Positions 25,339-40,177 of a stretch of 64,000 nucleotides of DNA are shown in pieces (the stretch's first letter is position 1; every line of letters begins with the position of its first letter). The stretch spans positions 1 to 64,000 of the forward strand of contig JALDTO010000025.1 in the NCBI GenBank assembly GCA_023515725.1. Direction: 5' to 3'. This DNA comes from Amoeboaphelidium protococcarum X5 (Eukaryota > Fungi > Aphelidiomycota). The notes under the pieces were generated by a model. It saw only the letters and a program-made list of their open reading frames with translations. It was not told where the DNA came from and ran no database searches. The position numbers and the translations under genes are program-made.

Positions 25339-27849
25339 TCAATCGTCTTCTTCATCACTAAAGCATAAAACGCGTTTTCCCTTTACCAAATTCTACTGAG
25401 GACTTTCAGACCGTTACTCTTGCTAATCCACAGTGTCTACTAACTAAGATGAGACATTAGAGTTGTCAACACGGGCGTCAGTTACTCTCTCGGTCGCGTC
25501 ATCACCTTCAGAATTCTAAGAATTATCTAATGGAGACGCATCGATATCGTCAGATGAAACACCAACATCAGAAACTGAATCCTCTTCGCCAGAGAACTAG
25601 TCATCTCCAGTTATAATTTCAGTCTCTTTAACAGCTTTACTTTGGACTTTCTTTATCTTTTCAGCAGGTTCATGATAGATACCATTCTAAATACGGTCAA
25701 TATCGCGCTAGATCTTTGGATAAAACAACTCAATAAATAGTAGAGGATAATCCTTGATCTTGCCCAGAAAAACACTGGTGAAGTAACGAATCAATTCCAC
25801 CAACTCTTTGTATTCAGTCTTTACACGCATCAAGTCGTTTCGATCTTTCATGATTGATTCAAAAACCATAACCACATCTATTCTAAACAATAGAGGATGC
25901 AACTATCTTTTATAAAATATTCTATGCAGCATTGAAACAATATAATGAATATAAGTTCCGGAGAGGGAGTGATGACTTTTCAGTAACTGGACGTAGCTAT
26001 TCACGGTGTGTTCATGACAATATTCCGATTCAAACTATGCAAACTCAAAAGGAAGCTCTCTGATAGATGGCTTATTGCTCTTGGCGACATCAGAGGCACT
26101 AGCATCATCGTCCTGCTTTCGACGTTTAATCTTCTTAACGATAACTAGATCTTGATCCTACGAAAACTTTTCAACAGACTTGACCAATAGGTGATTCGCC
26201 CTCACTGCAGATTTCAAAAACTCAATTTCCTGCCACTGAGGCTTAGTTACACAGCCAGTGACCTCTTTGAGATGATCAATCCTAGTGAATAGATTAGACA
26301 GTACAGACTCTGCAACCTTGATGTCATCATCATTATCAGAGTACATCATCAAATCGACAACATTCATAATTTAATAAAACGTATCTAAACAACAGCAAGC
26401 CATGTCTAATTTCTTTCCATCGACGTATCTATTCAATAGCTTAATAACAAGCAAAATGGTCGGAACATCCAATACATCGGCAACACAATTGAACGTAATT
26501 TTCTCACTGTGAGGAATTTACAACAGCATCGACAGATATTCAATGGTGAATGACATTACTTGAAAAAACTTTTGCCTGTCAGAGTCTTGAATATCATCTC
26601 GCTCACGAATTATGGACTTTTTTAGGAACTCTGACAGAATATTGAATGGACCAGTGAGAAATCCTTCCATGAACACGTTTAAAGACACGCGAACTTCAGC
26701 AGTACAATGAGTCCATTTCTCTTCTTAATTCGCCACACTTGTTACAGCAGACTTCTTCTTTCTGCTCTGTCTATTCCCTTTCTTATTCTTATCGAGTAGA
26801 TTTTACAAATTAGTGAGATCAGGCTTATCGACTAGATGACGCGATTAGTTCAAGGTCACCACAAAGTTACCTTTAAAGTTAGGAGGACGCCCACCAAGAG
26901 TTTATGGCTTTTGAGAATTGGCGAGGGTAACTTTGCTGCCATTATTATTATTATTATTATTATTAGAAGCATTTAGGAATTCATTGAAAACACTAGTCTT
27001 AGCATCTGGATCAACGATCAAATCTGACAATCTCCAACTGGGCAGGTATAGCAAAGACCAAACCAAATCCAATAGAAGAATATCTAAATACGAGCCCAAC
27101 TTGGTATCTTCTAGAGAACCAATAAGGGTATTTAAAATTAGCATGAAATGGTTCTAATCAAGAGCTTTTATGAATTTCTAATGCATTTTCTCAAAGCCAG
27201 TCTCCTCCTGAATGACCAACAGATTCCTGATTAATGTGAGAATCATTCGAACACCATCCAGACTAACTTGCTTAATTGTCCCTTCATTCATTAGTGAGAT
27301 CTCATTATCGGCCTGAGAATCGGCAACACTATTAGAACATTCTTCAAGCAATGAAATTAGCCGATCGCTGAGTATAGCGAGGAGAGCATTGTCCGTGAAG
27401 AGAGATTTGTACTAGATCAAGTGCTGTTTCTACTCCACAACGAACGCCAAACTCTTCGTGGCTGTTTCGCGTTGCGTTTGGCGACCGCCCACAGCAGCAA
27501 GTTCGTTCTACTCACCAGAAGAAGAGGATAAAACGGATGATAGAGGCCAAGTGAGAGGCACCATGATTTCAATGCATAACTGCCGCAGATGAGGATGATC
27601 AATGAATATAGGAATCAGGTCGGTTTTAAAAAAATTCCATTCACCCAATTTCCGCACCAGGAAGCCTTCTGCAGTCTTGTCATCCCAGCGTAGCAACTTT
27701 TTAATATCCTTCAAACACTCTTTACCCTCAGCGCCGAGGACATACTTCTGCACCCGCTTCATTGGATTCACTGGGTCCAGCATCACCTCATATCCACCCA
27801 CCGCATTACACAGCCGACTCAAATGTTCTTCCAAATCGTACTCTTCCAT
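25339..27849 (-). CDS. TOF1: Timeless/Tof1/Swi1 replication fork protection protein, 836 aa
   Basis: LCNAVGGY..YVLGAEGKECLKDIKKLLRWDD..LGEWNFFKTDLIPI..CIEIMVPLTWP, ILTLIRNLL, IVSMLHRI, PLLFRIDV, PLLFIELFYPK. Confidence 0.9.
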
Positions 27850-28051
27850 GATTTTTGAGCGTACACAGTAGTTATGAGAAGTGAGATATTCGATGGGGAA
27901 CAACTGTATGAGATGAAGGTGCGTTTAAAGGGCGAGAGAAGATTCTGAAACAACGCATCTCGTTTTGAACGCGTCGCAGTTTAAAATGATAAATGGGGGA
28001 AGTATAAAAGAGAGTAGTAAACATTATGACACTCAGAATTTGTATTATTAC

Positions 28052-29194
28052 TCATTGCTGACTATCCATAATTATCTCTTCAACGTTCTCGTCATCAGTG
28101 GAGTCTTTGACTGCACCGATCGAGGAGGAGCCATCTTTAATCTCTTCAATAAGAGGCTGTACAATTGAACCGCCTTATTACTTTCCACCACCAGCTGCTT
28201 GAGACGTTGAAGCCTTCTCCGGTGATGACTATTTACTCTTTTTGCCCTTCTTGCTCATCTTTTTTGACTACTTCTTGTACTTCTCGATATGCATCTTCTC
28301 ATAGTTGATACCTGACCAGCCATAGAGAGGAATAAATGAATCAATGACACCAACATCTGCAAACAGATTAGGGAATATCCATAGTCCAGGCCGAGTCCAA
28401 GGTATAGCCAGCGATATTACATAGATTATAAATCGAATGATCGCAATCACCAAGAGGGCCACTATGAATCCAACACCGGTCATAGACAAGTACCATACAG
28501 AGATACGCAAGGAATGTGGCCACAGAGGGAACATCACTAGAACCAAGACCAAGAGCAAAAAAAGACCACTCTTTACACTTTGCAAAGTCTTCACATGAGG
28601 TGGATCATACTGCCAAACATATAAACTAGAGCTATCCGCGGTGAATGTCTAATTCTAACTAATCTCCAACACCTTCATTCCATTGACTTTCTTATCTCGC
28701 ACCTTCTCGGACTCTTCATCGCGCACAGTGGACACTCTGAAAATGAAGTTGTTCTCCATCAGAGATCGTACCACCTCTGCAGCTTCATCTTTACTACCAT
28801 ATACTCTGAGCACGGAATCGCTGTCATCAGTCTTTTTGTATCCACCACTGCCCTTTCGCTCCACAAACTAAGTATACTCTGGAGTCATCATGGCATTCAC
28901 CGCCTTCTCTCCTTTAAAGTATTCAACTCTCAGACCGCTCAAAATACCTTCTCTCACCTTGAGAACTTTAGGTCCGCCATTGCCAAGACCGAATATGTAA
29001 GTTCCATTAAAGATATTAGTCAGGAATCCAGAAACTTGCTTCAGCACCTTGCCAAAGCTTCCAGTTTCCTGAGAGATGACAGCCTTGGTGGTGTAAGATC
29101 TTAAGAAAGTGGCCACCAATTACAAATCTTTAGATGACGCAGACGGATCAATTTCAGTGCCATCCTCATGAGTACGTCTAATTAACAGCGACAT
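28052..29194 (-). CDS. SEC62: Translocation protein Sec62, 380 aa
   Basis: RVEYFKGEKAVNAM, VMFPLWP, GLWIFPNLFADVGVIDSFIPLYGW; two TM helices. Confidence 0.93.
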
Positions 29195-29674
29195 GTTTCT
29201 ATAAAGTTCGTTCTATATCAAGCTGTTTTGTAAAAATCTTTACCGGTACTCGCTTACGGAATAAGGACGGACGAGAGCAAGAACTGCTTTAAAATGTTGG
29301 AGGAACGAGAGTAATATCCCCTCGCTTTTTAAATACGCTTAATTGTCTTCCTGAATTACAGTAGCAAAAAGATTTTACTTAATCGGTCTTGGTAAAGAAT
29401 ACTCAAAACAAAACGCATTTTAAATAGGTACTGTTGTCTCGCGGTAAAATCTACCAGAAGAGTGGTACTAAGTTCGAATGTGTTGGATGGATCATCAAGT
29501 CACTCGTTTACCTAGAAAGGCGATCATCTTGTGCAGGATGGCTCAGCTTAGATGAGATTGCGCGTCTTTTAATTCAGCTGTGTGTAATTTTACTCTCCTC
29601 TGACTGTTTCAACGATCAACAACAGAAGATCAACTTATGTAAAGCATTAATAAACTATCAAAACTAATTCAACT

Positions 29675-30604
29675 TCATTTCATTTTACCAGAGAGTATAA
29701 CTTCATTGTTGAGTAAGTAATCAGCATCTAGTATGTAAAACTTGTGAATATGGACAGACACGATGCCAGTTACGAGGTGCCATAGTGAGTGCGCATCAAA
29801 CACGAACCAGAGTGGAGGAAAGTCGAATACTTCCAACAACATACCAAGCATTACAGTCACGATAAGAATCAACAGAAATCGCGCGTGAAAATGCTTCCAC
29901 TTTAGTGATATCCAAACTATCCATATGAAATTATGAGCTAATCCAATTGATACGCCGGCAATCATGTTGTAAGTATAATCGAATCGCTCTCTATTGGTCA
30001 GATACAGAATATGACATGTGTAAAAGAGTACAGAAATAAATGCAGACATACCGGCAATCCTCTTCCATTGAGACCGCTTAAATTCAAAAGACATTCGGAC
30101 AGTTGCGTAGAACATTCCATAAACAATGGACAACATTGCGGCAAAGTAATCCATCCTCTCGGTCCACGGCATATCTTTGTAATGGAATACAGACGACCAT
30201 ACCCAGGCATTCATCTGAGTGATAAACAGAATCATTAAGGGCATTTTCAACTTGAATTTTGATGATACTCGTCGCTGTACCTTCAAGAGCCCGCGACTCT
30301 GACCATACAAATTCAACAGACTGAACAGCACTGACGCTGGTTCTTAGAGTCCAAATATCCTTTTGAATGGCCATTTTCCGTAATACTGCTCAATGCTCTC
30401 TCCGCTTTTCATATTATGATTAACCATCTTAAACATGCAGTCGTATTTGCATTTATCTAAGCAGCTATACCGAAACAGAGATTCTACTTCATCAATGGGA
30501 CAGGCGCAAGACTTCAAACATGCTTGATAGTTGATATCACGGTCGCCGCTTGACCCTTGTATTCCATGTAGAAAGCAAGCCAAAGCGATAATAAGCGTAA
30601 TCAT
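29675..30604 (-). CDS. PER1: GPI remodelling protein Per1/PGAP3, 309 aa
   Basis: SSGDR..YQACLKSC, CKYDCM, QYYGKWPFKRIFGL(Q=TAA)EPAS, NAWVWSSVFH, TERMDYF, LEVFDFPP..DAHSLWH. Confidence 0.95.
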
Positions 30605-30928
30605 GAATTACCGGTCTCCATAATGTAGCAGCATCTTATTTTCCTTATTTCAAACCCAAACGTCAAAGAATTGAATTGCGGGAAACTTTCATTCGCTCGC
30701 TCTGTTACTGGACTGAGGCTAAAACAGCATAGAGAGACGACCGTAAACTACACGAAGAGAGCGCGCGTTCTATGTCGTTATGTTTTCAGGTCAAGGGGTG
30801 GAACTCATCGCCACAAAGAAGCAATTTTGTTTCAGACAAGATTTAAAATCACTCGTCTGCACTCTTTCGTTCCATCTGCGATTTCTCTTTCACCGCGAAA
30901 CTGCATTAGGGATTGACATCTCTTAGCA

Positions 30929-33900
30929 ATGACAATACTCAAGTTGAACATTAAGAGTCTGGTGAACTTTGCCAAGCAGTCAAATAATGAACAAGGATTC
31001 AGATGCTTATTCATAGCCTTGGTACTGGAGTATATTTAACGTGAGCAGACCAAGGATGGTAATGGTGATGATGATGATGCTGGCACCTCGTATAATCTTC
31101 TCGTTGAATTCTGTACCGAACTGTCTCACGTGGTGCTTCCAGTCCTGAATGATGTGCAGTTATGCAATGAAATACTTTAACAATGTCAGCAAGAACTTCC
31201 GTCATTAAGTGAGCCGTTATATGAGGGCTTTCTTCTGAAATTGATCGCGTTTCAAGACGTGAAACTGCTTCAGGTTCTACTGGAATTCTTTCTCTCCACT
31301 GATCTACCGGCGTGCTTATATGGGCTTTAACTTTACGGTCGTGATGACTGTATTAATGCGCAATTGTTCCATCGGTCACCTCAACTGCGGCCTTATTTGC
31401 AGCAGTCAGGACCGCTGTAATTGAAGTTACTGGAGTGTTCATTAATTTTGGAATCTTACAATGGTTTGGAGTCCATTTAGTACTTGATTGAACGCGATTT
31501 ATGGCTTATAGATACTTATCTGATGGTGGAGATGCTTCTAAATTCCTTATGTGATCCTGCTTAATTCAAAGTAATATCTCAAGTAATTTCGATGCTTGGT
31601 GCTCTGAATTTACATATCGATGGTGAGTAGTGTGTCGAGATACTGGACATATTGCTTGAATTAGAGTTTCCTCCATAAAATCTTTGTGATCATTTAATAT
31701 ATTCAATTGCTATTTAGAAAGTGAATCTTGACATCATCCAGGTGAAAAGATTTACATCCTTCTCCAAAGATGCAAGTGTATTGTACAAGTTTGTTGAGTC
31801 ATATTACCATGATATACTGGTTATGAATTCTAATATCGTGACTGGGTCAAAGCGAAAACGGCCGGATTTGTCTATGAGTCTTATAGCCTGTATACTGCCT
31901 TTTTGCAATGATTCTGAGAAGAGCTAATGGGAGGAGTAACTTTAAGATGGTCTTATGGAATAGTCTGATTAGATGAAGCTGCATGATTTGGATGCTATTT
32001 GCTTAACACTTCTGAAATCGGACGTTAATATCTCTGACAAGTTAAAGGAGGTGTTATGTTTAAAGATATCTCATTTGATATCAATGTGCACAACTGAGTC
32101 TCATTAATATGCAACGCTTTTCTTGGCTCTTCATGGATCTAGGGCTATAATTTAGAATGCATTAGCTGATCATGTTCCTGCTGATGTTCGATTAATTTTT
32201 ATCAATCATTTGAAAAAGAGATTTCATGTTGATTATTCTGATTATAAAGCAGAATCAGAATACGTATTATGTGCTCTTGCTGGTTCTTTGTCTTTCATGA
32301 TTCGGGAGTAGAATTAAATATTGTGGTAGTGCGCAGTTTGTGATGGTAGCGGTAATAATATTTAGTTGCTTGCACTCTCTGAGACCTAAAAGCTTCAGAT
32401 TATTTCATCATGTAAACAAAAGCTGTTTTATAGATCGTTAAAGCATGGGGCTGAATGGACCGTTGAAGATTTGTTGAAGATTGCCAGTTCTAGCGTATAA
32501 AATGGTAAGGCTCATCAGCGGTTTATATTGAATGCTCTTGCAAAGATTTATTTGAGGTCTGCTGGACCGGCTGTCACAGGTGCTGTGGAGTGATGCAAAA
32601 GCTAGCCAAGTTCTGAAAAGACGCTACTTTTATACAGATTCTTTAATAATCTGAGCCTGGGTCAAGTTCTTCATCAGTCCGACTGGATTCAGTGGCTTGC
32701 TTCGTTTGGTACTGTCAATTCTGTCGATGATTGCTTGTTAATGTCCGCTTTTGATACGCTAAGTAGTAATTATGATCAATTGCTAATGGCATTGCCGCCT
32801 GTATTTGTCAAGATGTTGACAGCTAGGGAGGATAACGAGATGGCCATACGCTATTTTCTGGATGCTTTTCTGTATCATCATCAGTTTGATGAACGTGCTC
32901 TTAACATGCCATTTGTGTGTGCCCAGCTTGTTTTTATGAGACATGGGAATTCCTTGAATAAGTTGGTTGCAATTATGTCTAGAGGAAGCGTTGTGTAACT
33001 TCTTGGAGCATATGTGCCTGATATTCTGGCTTATATCTTTACTCGTGTACAGGATGATAGTCGATAGAAAGCTCTGCGATTCTTCGAGGAGTGTATCAAC
33101 TCCTCCACATCTGAGACGTAAATATCTCTTGCTGATATAGTCAGACCATATTTCTAGCAAATGGTGTCGAGAATCTGTTGGTATTTAAGTGATCAAGATG
33201 CTGTTGTTGCAGCCGCTGCACTGGATTAATTGAAGGCTGTGGTGCATATGGTCGCACCTAATGTAACTGACTATATGATTAAATTGACCGAGTGTTTGCT
33301 TGCGCTAATCTTTCATTTGGCAGTGTCTGTTGTGCAAAACCAGCATGTATCAAGGTAATTTAAATTACATTCCATCAGTTCGTTTGCAAAGTTCTTGAGA
33401 CTATTGGCGGGCAAAATTGATACCTATTCACTGCAATTGTTCAATTTAGTTGATTAATGTAAAAAGCACGGATTTGATACTAGCTCTATTTGGGAGTCTT
33501 TTATTGACGGCTTCAGCTGCGATTTGTGCCGCGAGAACGTTTGCCAGCTGCTTTGTGGATATTTGAATCTTCCCCTAGGTACTGATAGCAGATTATCATC
33601 TGATTAAAAGACGTACCTGGATCTTCTATCTAACAAAGCTTCTATTTAAAGCAGCAAGACCGGTTCGTATATAGTGTAAAATGTTATGAAACTACGTGGC
33701 GTGTATGGAGAACTAACGTCTAATTTTTCCAATGATGGGACTTTGTATGATGATGTTTTCAATATTATTGGCACGTAACATAAGAACGTGACCGCCACAG
33801 TATTGCAGTTGCTTTCGCGTGATATTATACGTATGAACTTAGTGAGGTATGTGGATACGAGTGAGCTTGCATCAAGACTTGTGCTTTTGACTAAAAATTT

Positions 33901-36900
33901 TCGCTGGTCGGATGACGATCTGGTCGTTAACTCTATACTCAGAGATGCTATTTCTATGCTCAATGAATTGGTTTATCAGCAAGATGTCCAAGCTTTGGAG
34001 ACGAGCAAGTCGTAGAATTTCATATAAGTGCACATACTTGCGGATTAGGAGAATGCAAAGTAAGTTGTGCGATATATTATGGCGATTATAACGTCATTCT
34101 TGATACCGCCTTTGACTTCTGCTCGCGATAGCAAAACTAATGATCGTTATTCATTCGTGATTCAAGAGCTGCTGTCTGCTACGGGCTTTAAGAATATTCA
34201 GTAGATATAGTCGTCGAGTAATACATCAATTATATCTCATGTCTGGAGGAGTTTGAATCATAAGGAATCGGAGATACTTTTACCGCTGCTGGCGTCGTAA
34301 TATCATATGCAGTTAGGTAGCACTTAGGTTGACCTGTCGGAGTATGTCTTTGAAAGTCCTAAATCGTATGCTGATTTCCTTCGTGTAATGGTGAACACGC
34401 TTATCAATATTTTGACTTCATCTCTATTAAGGCGCATTTTCTGGCCATTTAAGGCTCTGTTCACTGCTCATTTTGTTGATGCAGAGATTGCTTTGACGTT
34501 ATTATCTAATCTGGCTAGATGTGTGATGACTCAAGGAGTAGCGTATGTCAACTTTCTCACTGTTCATTACAAAAGATTTTGTGGTGCAAAGCCTTTATCG
34601 ATGTCTGCGGACGATTATTCCAAGTGTCTCAAGATGTTGTTTGACGTTTATGATCAGATTGTTGGCTTCAGTTTCTCCAGTATGTTTTCTGTTAAAAATG
34701 GCGAGCTTGATTAGTGCATTGTAAACTTTATGAATGGTGTTGATGATTCTCTCATTGTATCTGCTTCTAAGCAGTATAATGACTATTATAGATTATAGAG
34801 GCATAGTGAGAAACTACTGTAGGGGAAGCTATAGCCTGATTTGGTGCTGTTGAATAACTTACTGTCTGCGCAATAGAATCTTGGTTCATCTGATGATGTC
34901 TTGTATCTGATACAAAAGTGCAGGGAGAATGATTCTGCTATCCGCGGACGATCTGATGTGTCCTAGATGATCATGTGCTACACTGCTCAGTAAGACGTGT
35001 AGCTCATCTCTTAGATTGCTAATTCATGCCATTCTGAGTTGAAATCGCCTGATATTATCAGACTTAGATTAGCTGCTGAAGATTATGAGGGTGTCAGTAA
35101 GATCCAGGATGATGATGTAAGTGATTTTGTTGTTGAAGCAGCTGCTCATTTATAGAACTGGGATTTGGTCGATGACAAGTTCTAACATAATTAAGCTAAT
35201 AATGAACGCTTTAAGTTGAGAGGACATTTTATTCGTTTGTTATCCTTATTCAAAGTTGGTCATTAGGAGAAGTTATACGAATAGTTACAACTGAATGACT
35301 TCAATGTGTCGAATAGTCTGTTTAAGTGTAAGAAAGAGGAAACTCCGTTAGTTCTCTTTGAATCCCGGGTCTTATCGAGATTGTAAAAGCTTATCAAGGG
35401 CGAAACTGTCGATTGGAACCAATGCTTTGATGATGACATGTTGTACTTGTCTCACCATGGCATTGATACGCTCACTAAGTTAGAGTCTCTCAAGCTTTGG
35501 GAACTATGTACACGGAATCTGAGCCTTGATCGAGAGTTGGAGTCATCTATTTGCATTTAAAAGTGTAAACTGTTGCGGAAAGCCAATTTGCCATAAGTTG
35601 CATTGAAATCGGTATTGTCCATAGATGCTTAAATGCAAAATAGCGGTTTACTTCTTGAGTTCGCAAAAGTTCATGTTGCCGTAGGGAAGCCGGATATCGC
35701 TATCAATGAGTTGAGATAGTGTATTGCGCCCAAATTATCCCAAATAACAACTCAGAAGGGATCACAGCCGAATGACCCATTTGGATCACTATGTATGTAC
35801 CAGACAAAGTTGATGCTCCAGTACTATCCGGAAAATAGTTCTGAAATTCGTTCTTTACTGGCAGCAGCCAAAAAGTGCCTGCCCAAGTCGGAAAAGTTGC
35901 TGCATACTTTTGGCTCCTACGAGTTGTCTCTGCTTAGTGCATCTAAAGACCGGTTCGAGCGAGCATTGGCCGATTTCCCTAAAGGCAAGTCTTTGAAAAG
36001 TCAAGATTCAGAAATTCACTAGTATTTCCACAGAATGGTGGCCAACATGTTTACTGCTACTCGAGCGTATTGTCTAGCTGCTATTTACGGATCTCAGCAT
36101 ATCTTTGAGTCACTTCCAAATGCTATCTAACTTTGGCTTGATTTTACCGAAAGATAACAACTGTTCCTGGGAATTAACGATGCTATATCCAAGACGTATC
36201 ATGAGTTTTATGATCAGTTTCTGACTACAATGATAAGTTTTGTGTAAAGAGTCCCCGCATACAATTTGTTGGTCAGTCTATCTCAGATTTAGTCTAGGCT
36301 GACACACTCTGATGAAAAAGTTTGGGGTATTTTGAGAGATATGCTGCTCAAGCTTTTGCGCGAGTTTCCTGATTAGACACTGTGGCAGTTGATAAGCTCT
36401 TACAAGTCATCTTCCAAATTGCGTGTTAGTAGAGTATAAGAAGTATTCAATTCCTCAAAAGAGTAGTCTACGAAAATAAAGGTATGTGTTAATATATGAT
36501 GATAAGGCTGACGTTGTATAATATTCACTATGTAGAATTGCAAGAGCTTGGTTGATTTAATCTTCGTCATGGCTTATTCTAAAAAGTTCGACTCCAAATC
36601 CAAGTTTAGTATTGCAAAGGAATTTCCCGAGTTGAAGAAGTTGTGTCCTATCAACCTGGCCATCCCAATCTAGTCAGCCCTGACTCCTCTACTACCACCC
36701 AAGAATTTCTCGGGAAGCAATTGGCGGCCATTTTAGGACAATCTGGTGTATTTTGACTCTTTTGAAGACGTTGTCGAGTTACTGAACAGTTTAATGAGGC
36801 CAAGAAAGCTTAAAGTGAGAGGCAGTGATGGCAATCATTATACTCTGCTTTGCAAGCCTGGTGATGATTTGAGAAAAGATCATCGCGTCATTGAGCTGTT

Positions 36901-38022
36901 CGGTGTCATAAATAGTCTATTTGGAAAAGATTCTGATTGTACTCAACGAGATCTAGGTAAGGCTATATGTTATGAGCCATTTGCTTATTGCTCGGGATTA
37001 TTACTTGAAATTGTGTAGGCATCTTGACTTATGCTGCGATTCCTTTGAGTGAAAGCTGCGGTCTCATTGAATGGGTGGATAATACTTGTACTTTTCGTAA
37101 AGCACTCGAGCATTACTACTCCAAGAATTAGCGAAGTGACCTATCGGCTTCCAAGTACACAAAGTGGAAAGAACTGGGTAAAGGAGCAACTGCACTGACA
37201 AAGTATTATAAAGAGACTCTGCTTCCAATGTTCTCACCTGCTGTGTTCTAATAGTGGCTTTTCGAACGCTTCGTTGATCCACCGTCCTGGTATCGTGCTC
37301 AAAAGAGATGGACTCGCTCTGTTGCTGTGATGTCTATTGTCGGATTCATATTTGGTCTCGGCGATCGTCATTTGGAAAACATTCTGGTGCAGGAAACCAG
37401 TGGTCAGGTGTTACATGTAGATTTCAACTGCCTGTTCGACAAGGGACTGCTACTGGAGTATCCTGAACGGGTCCCTTTCAGGTTAAGTCAGAACGTGGTG
37501 GCAGGCTTTGGTTTCTGTGGCGTGAATGGTACATTCAGTAAGTCTTGCGAGCTGACCATCCAGATGTTACGGAAACACAAGGAGACTATCTTGACAATGT
37601 TGAGCACCTTTGTGCATGACCCCCTGATTGAGTGGTCTAGTAGTAGCAGTAGCAGGAAGGATAAAGCACAGCAGCTGACTGACAACCACTACATGATGGC
37701 GAATCGTGTTGTAAGGACAATATAGCGGAAATTGGATGGCTATCTTGGATTGCTCTATGAATACTAAGAGGCGGAAAAGGTTCACAATAGTGCACATATC
37801 AAAGCTGTTGTTGCTTATACTGGTGGAAAGAGTGCGTCTTCTTCCTCATCAACATCCGCGGCCTCCTCAAACAAGAGCCACACTCTGTCTGATGACTAAT
37901 TCCCGTACAAGTACGATGTCAAAGCTTTATCCTCACAGTAACAAGTTAAAGAGCTCATTTCCATGGCCACTGAAGAAGTTAATCTCGCCAGAATGTGGAT
38001 AGGCTGGAATGCTTTCATGTGA
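30929..38022 (+). CDS. ATR: ATR/Mec1/Rad3 PIKK checkpoint kinase (introns 36482-36535 and 36957-37018; unexplained in-frame TGA at 32591)
   Basis: SLMRPRKL, LLCKPGDDLRKDHR, GLIEWV, GLGDRHLENIL, HVDFNCLFDKG..PERVPFRL, FVHDPLIEW, FATC end NLARMWIGWNAFM-TGA, preceded by a long helical N-terminal region in one frame. Start codon is less certain. Confidence 0.88.
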
Positions 38023-38185
38023 TTAGAATGCTAAATGTGAACACCATATGTACTTATCGAATGCAATAATTTATTCAGGTCATTGTTATTACACTTTACA
38101 TAGCAATACTTTTGATACTATAGCATATCACATACCACATGTAGCCATTATATACAGTCAGTCAGTCAGCAAGGCATTCAATCAT

Positions 38186-39778
38186 TCATTTATGCTAGTC
38201 AATTCTCTTTACATATTCACCTAAATCATGATACAGTTCAATCAAATCAGTCCGGTTCAAACCATGCACAGCCATTGAGAGAATGGAAGCCACCGTGACC
38301 GTATCATATTCTTTAATGAAGCTAGTATAATACATGAACGTGAATATCCCCATAATAAACTGACAATCCATGCGGTCTGTAACACCACCATGTCCAGGGA
38401 TAGAATCACCAAAATCTTTCAACTTGAACGCCCGCTTAAATCCACTGGCAAAGAATCCGCCAAATACAGCTATAAGACTCGCAAATGTGCCCAGTATCAC
38501 AGCATGGAACTGCAGCGGTGCAATCGATATAAACTTCCAATCTTGACGAAATATGTGCTGGCAGAGGGATTGCAGCACTGGAGACAACTTGTACGAGACG
38601 GGAATGTACACGGCATTCTTCACACAATCATTCTGTGTCCACGCATTCATAAACAAGTTCCGCACGGGACAATATAGATATGGATACACTGTGATGATGC
38701 GTGCATAAAGCAGCGATGCCACCAGTGTAAATACAAATCCAAAAAGAAAACCTTCCCAAGTCTTTTTCGGACTCACTTTGATCAATCGAGTCCTACCAAA
38801 GAAGAATCCTCCAATATAAGCCATAACATCATTAGTGATCACCAGCATGACAGGTAACAGAAACCATCCAATGTTAGCATGCAGAATGGTCAATATAATG
38901 AAATTTGGTGGAATAGTCACGAGGAGTAGAGTCATATGAGTCCAGAAGAACTATAGAAACTAAAACTTATAGTGACCCTTCTTGAGATTAGTCACAAAGA
39001 ACATTATGCCTACACAATAGAACAGATAAGAGTAGAAGCGATGGTGTGTAGCCAGAGACTATAGAAACGCATCTTGTATCACGTAGTCATTGAAGAAGTT
39101 GAACGCCGTCTCTCCATACAGGTAGTAATTGGTAACCATTAGGAAATACCAATTGATAAGTCTGAACCAAGGCAACTTCTTCTCTTTAGAAGGCACCCAG
39201 GCAATAGATATAACTTCCTTAAACACCAGCGTACTAACACCCACTATCAGTAGAATTATAGCCATGGGACCGGAGCAGATTATCACAGCGAACGTGCTCA
39301 GCATGATCACAGTCCAAACAGTGCGCGTCCACCAGTTCTACCATCGAGTCTGCTGCGGCATCTCAGTCAGTAGGGGACCATACATCTCGGCATTTTTACT
39401 ACTCACGCCACTCCGATTATTATTATGGTTATTGCTATTATTATGAGTTGGCAGATTCAATTTGGAACTAGAGGAGCGGGGAATACTTTAAACAACAACT
39501 TGACTGTTTTTACCATCATTCGCCACAAAGTCTTCTTCATCAAGATCCTTATTGTGCACTCGTCGCTTCAACATCTATCCATGCAACTATGACTTTTCAT
39601 GAACTGAGCTGTATACCTCATCACCATCACCACCATCATTATAGTAATCTTCGTCTTCTTCATCTTCAGTGGAAGTATAGGGGATGAACTTCTTATCCAC
39701 AGAGACCGCCTTCTTCCGCCTACTCGCCGAAGGACTCTTTGCTCTAAGCGGTGACTCTACTTGAGACTTTCTAGGCAT
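38186..39778 (-). CDS. CDS1: Phosphatidate cytidylyltransferase (CDP-DAG synthase), 530 aa
   Basis: FFGRTRLIKVSPKKTWEGF, GGFFASGFKRAFKLKDFGDSIPGHGGVTDRMDCQ. Confidence 0.95.
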
Positions 39779-40177
39779 TACTTAAACTAGCTTGATACCT
39801 CAAGGTATAAAAATTAGGCTAGAAAATTGAATGTAAAACCAGCAAAATAAAGGAGATTTGCTGAGATAGCAAAGACAAAGAATACTAGTTCACGCAGTGT
39901 TATTGAATGTTGTGGAATAGCCGCGCGATACAAAGCCACTCTCTAAATTCATTCAGCCCAAGTCAACACGACAAATTACGACGCGTCAATTCATCTCCAA
40001 TGCGAGATAGAACGAAAGAACGAGCTCAATAACACGCAGCTCATTCTTTCTTCTATATTTCCTTTTACTTTTCGTAATCTATTACAGTACAGTACAAAGA
40101 ATAGAATCAATTTTTGTGGTGTTTTTCCACCTATAACAAAGTTTATTTATTTAGCTATCATTACTAGATTAGGAAAA

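Noticed and set aside
27969-27974. ACGCGT (MCB-like box) upstream of TOF1; others near 39981, 61383 and 62211
   Set aside because: The hexamer also occurs repeatedly in coding sequence, and I cannot show enrichment by eye.
32591-32593. Selenocysteine reading of the TGA in ATR
   Set aside because: ATR is not a known selenoprotein, the site is in a non-catalytic variable region, and no SECIS element is evident in the short 3' UTR.
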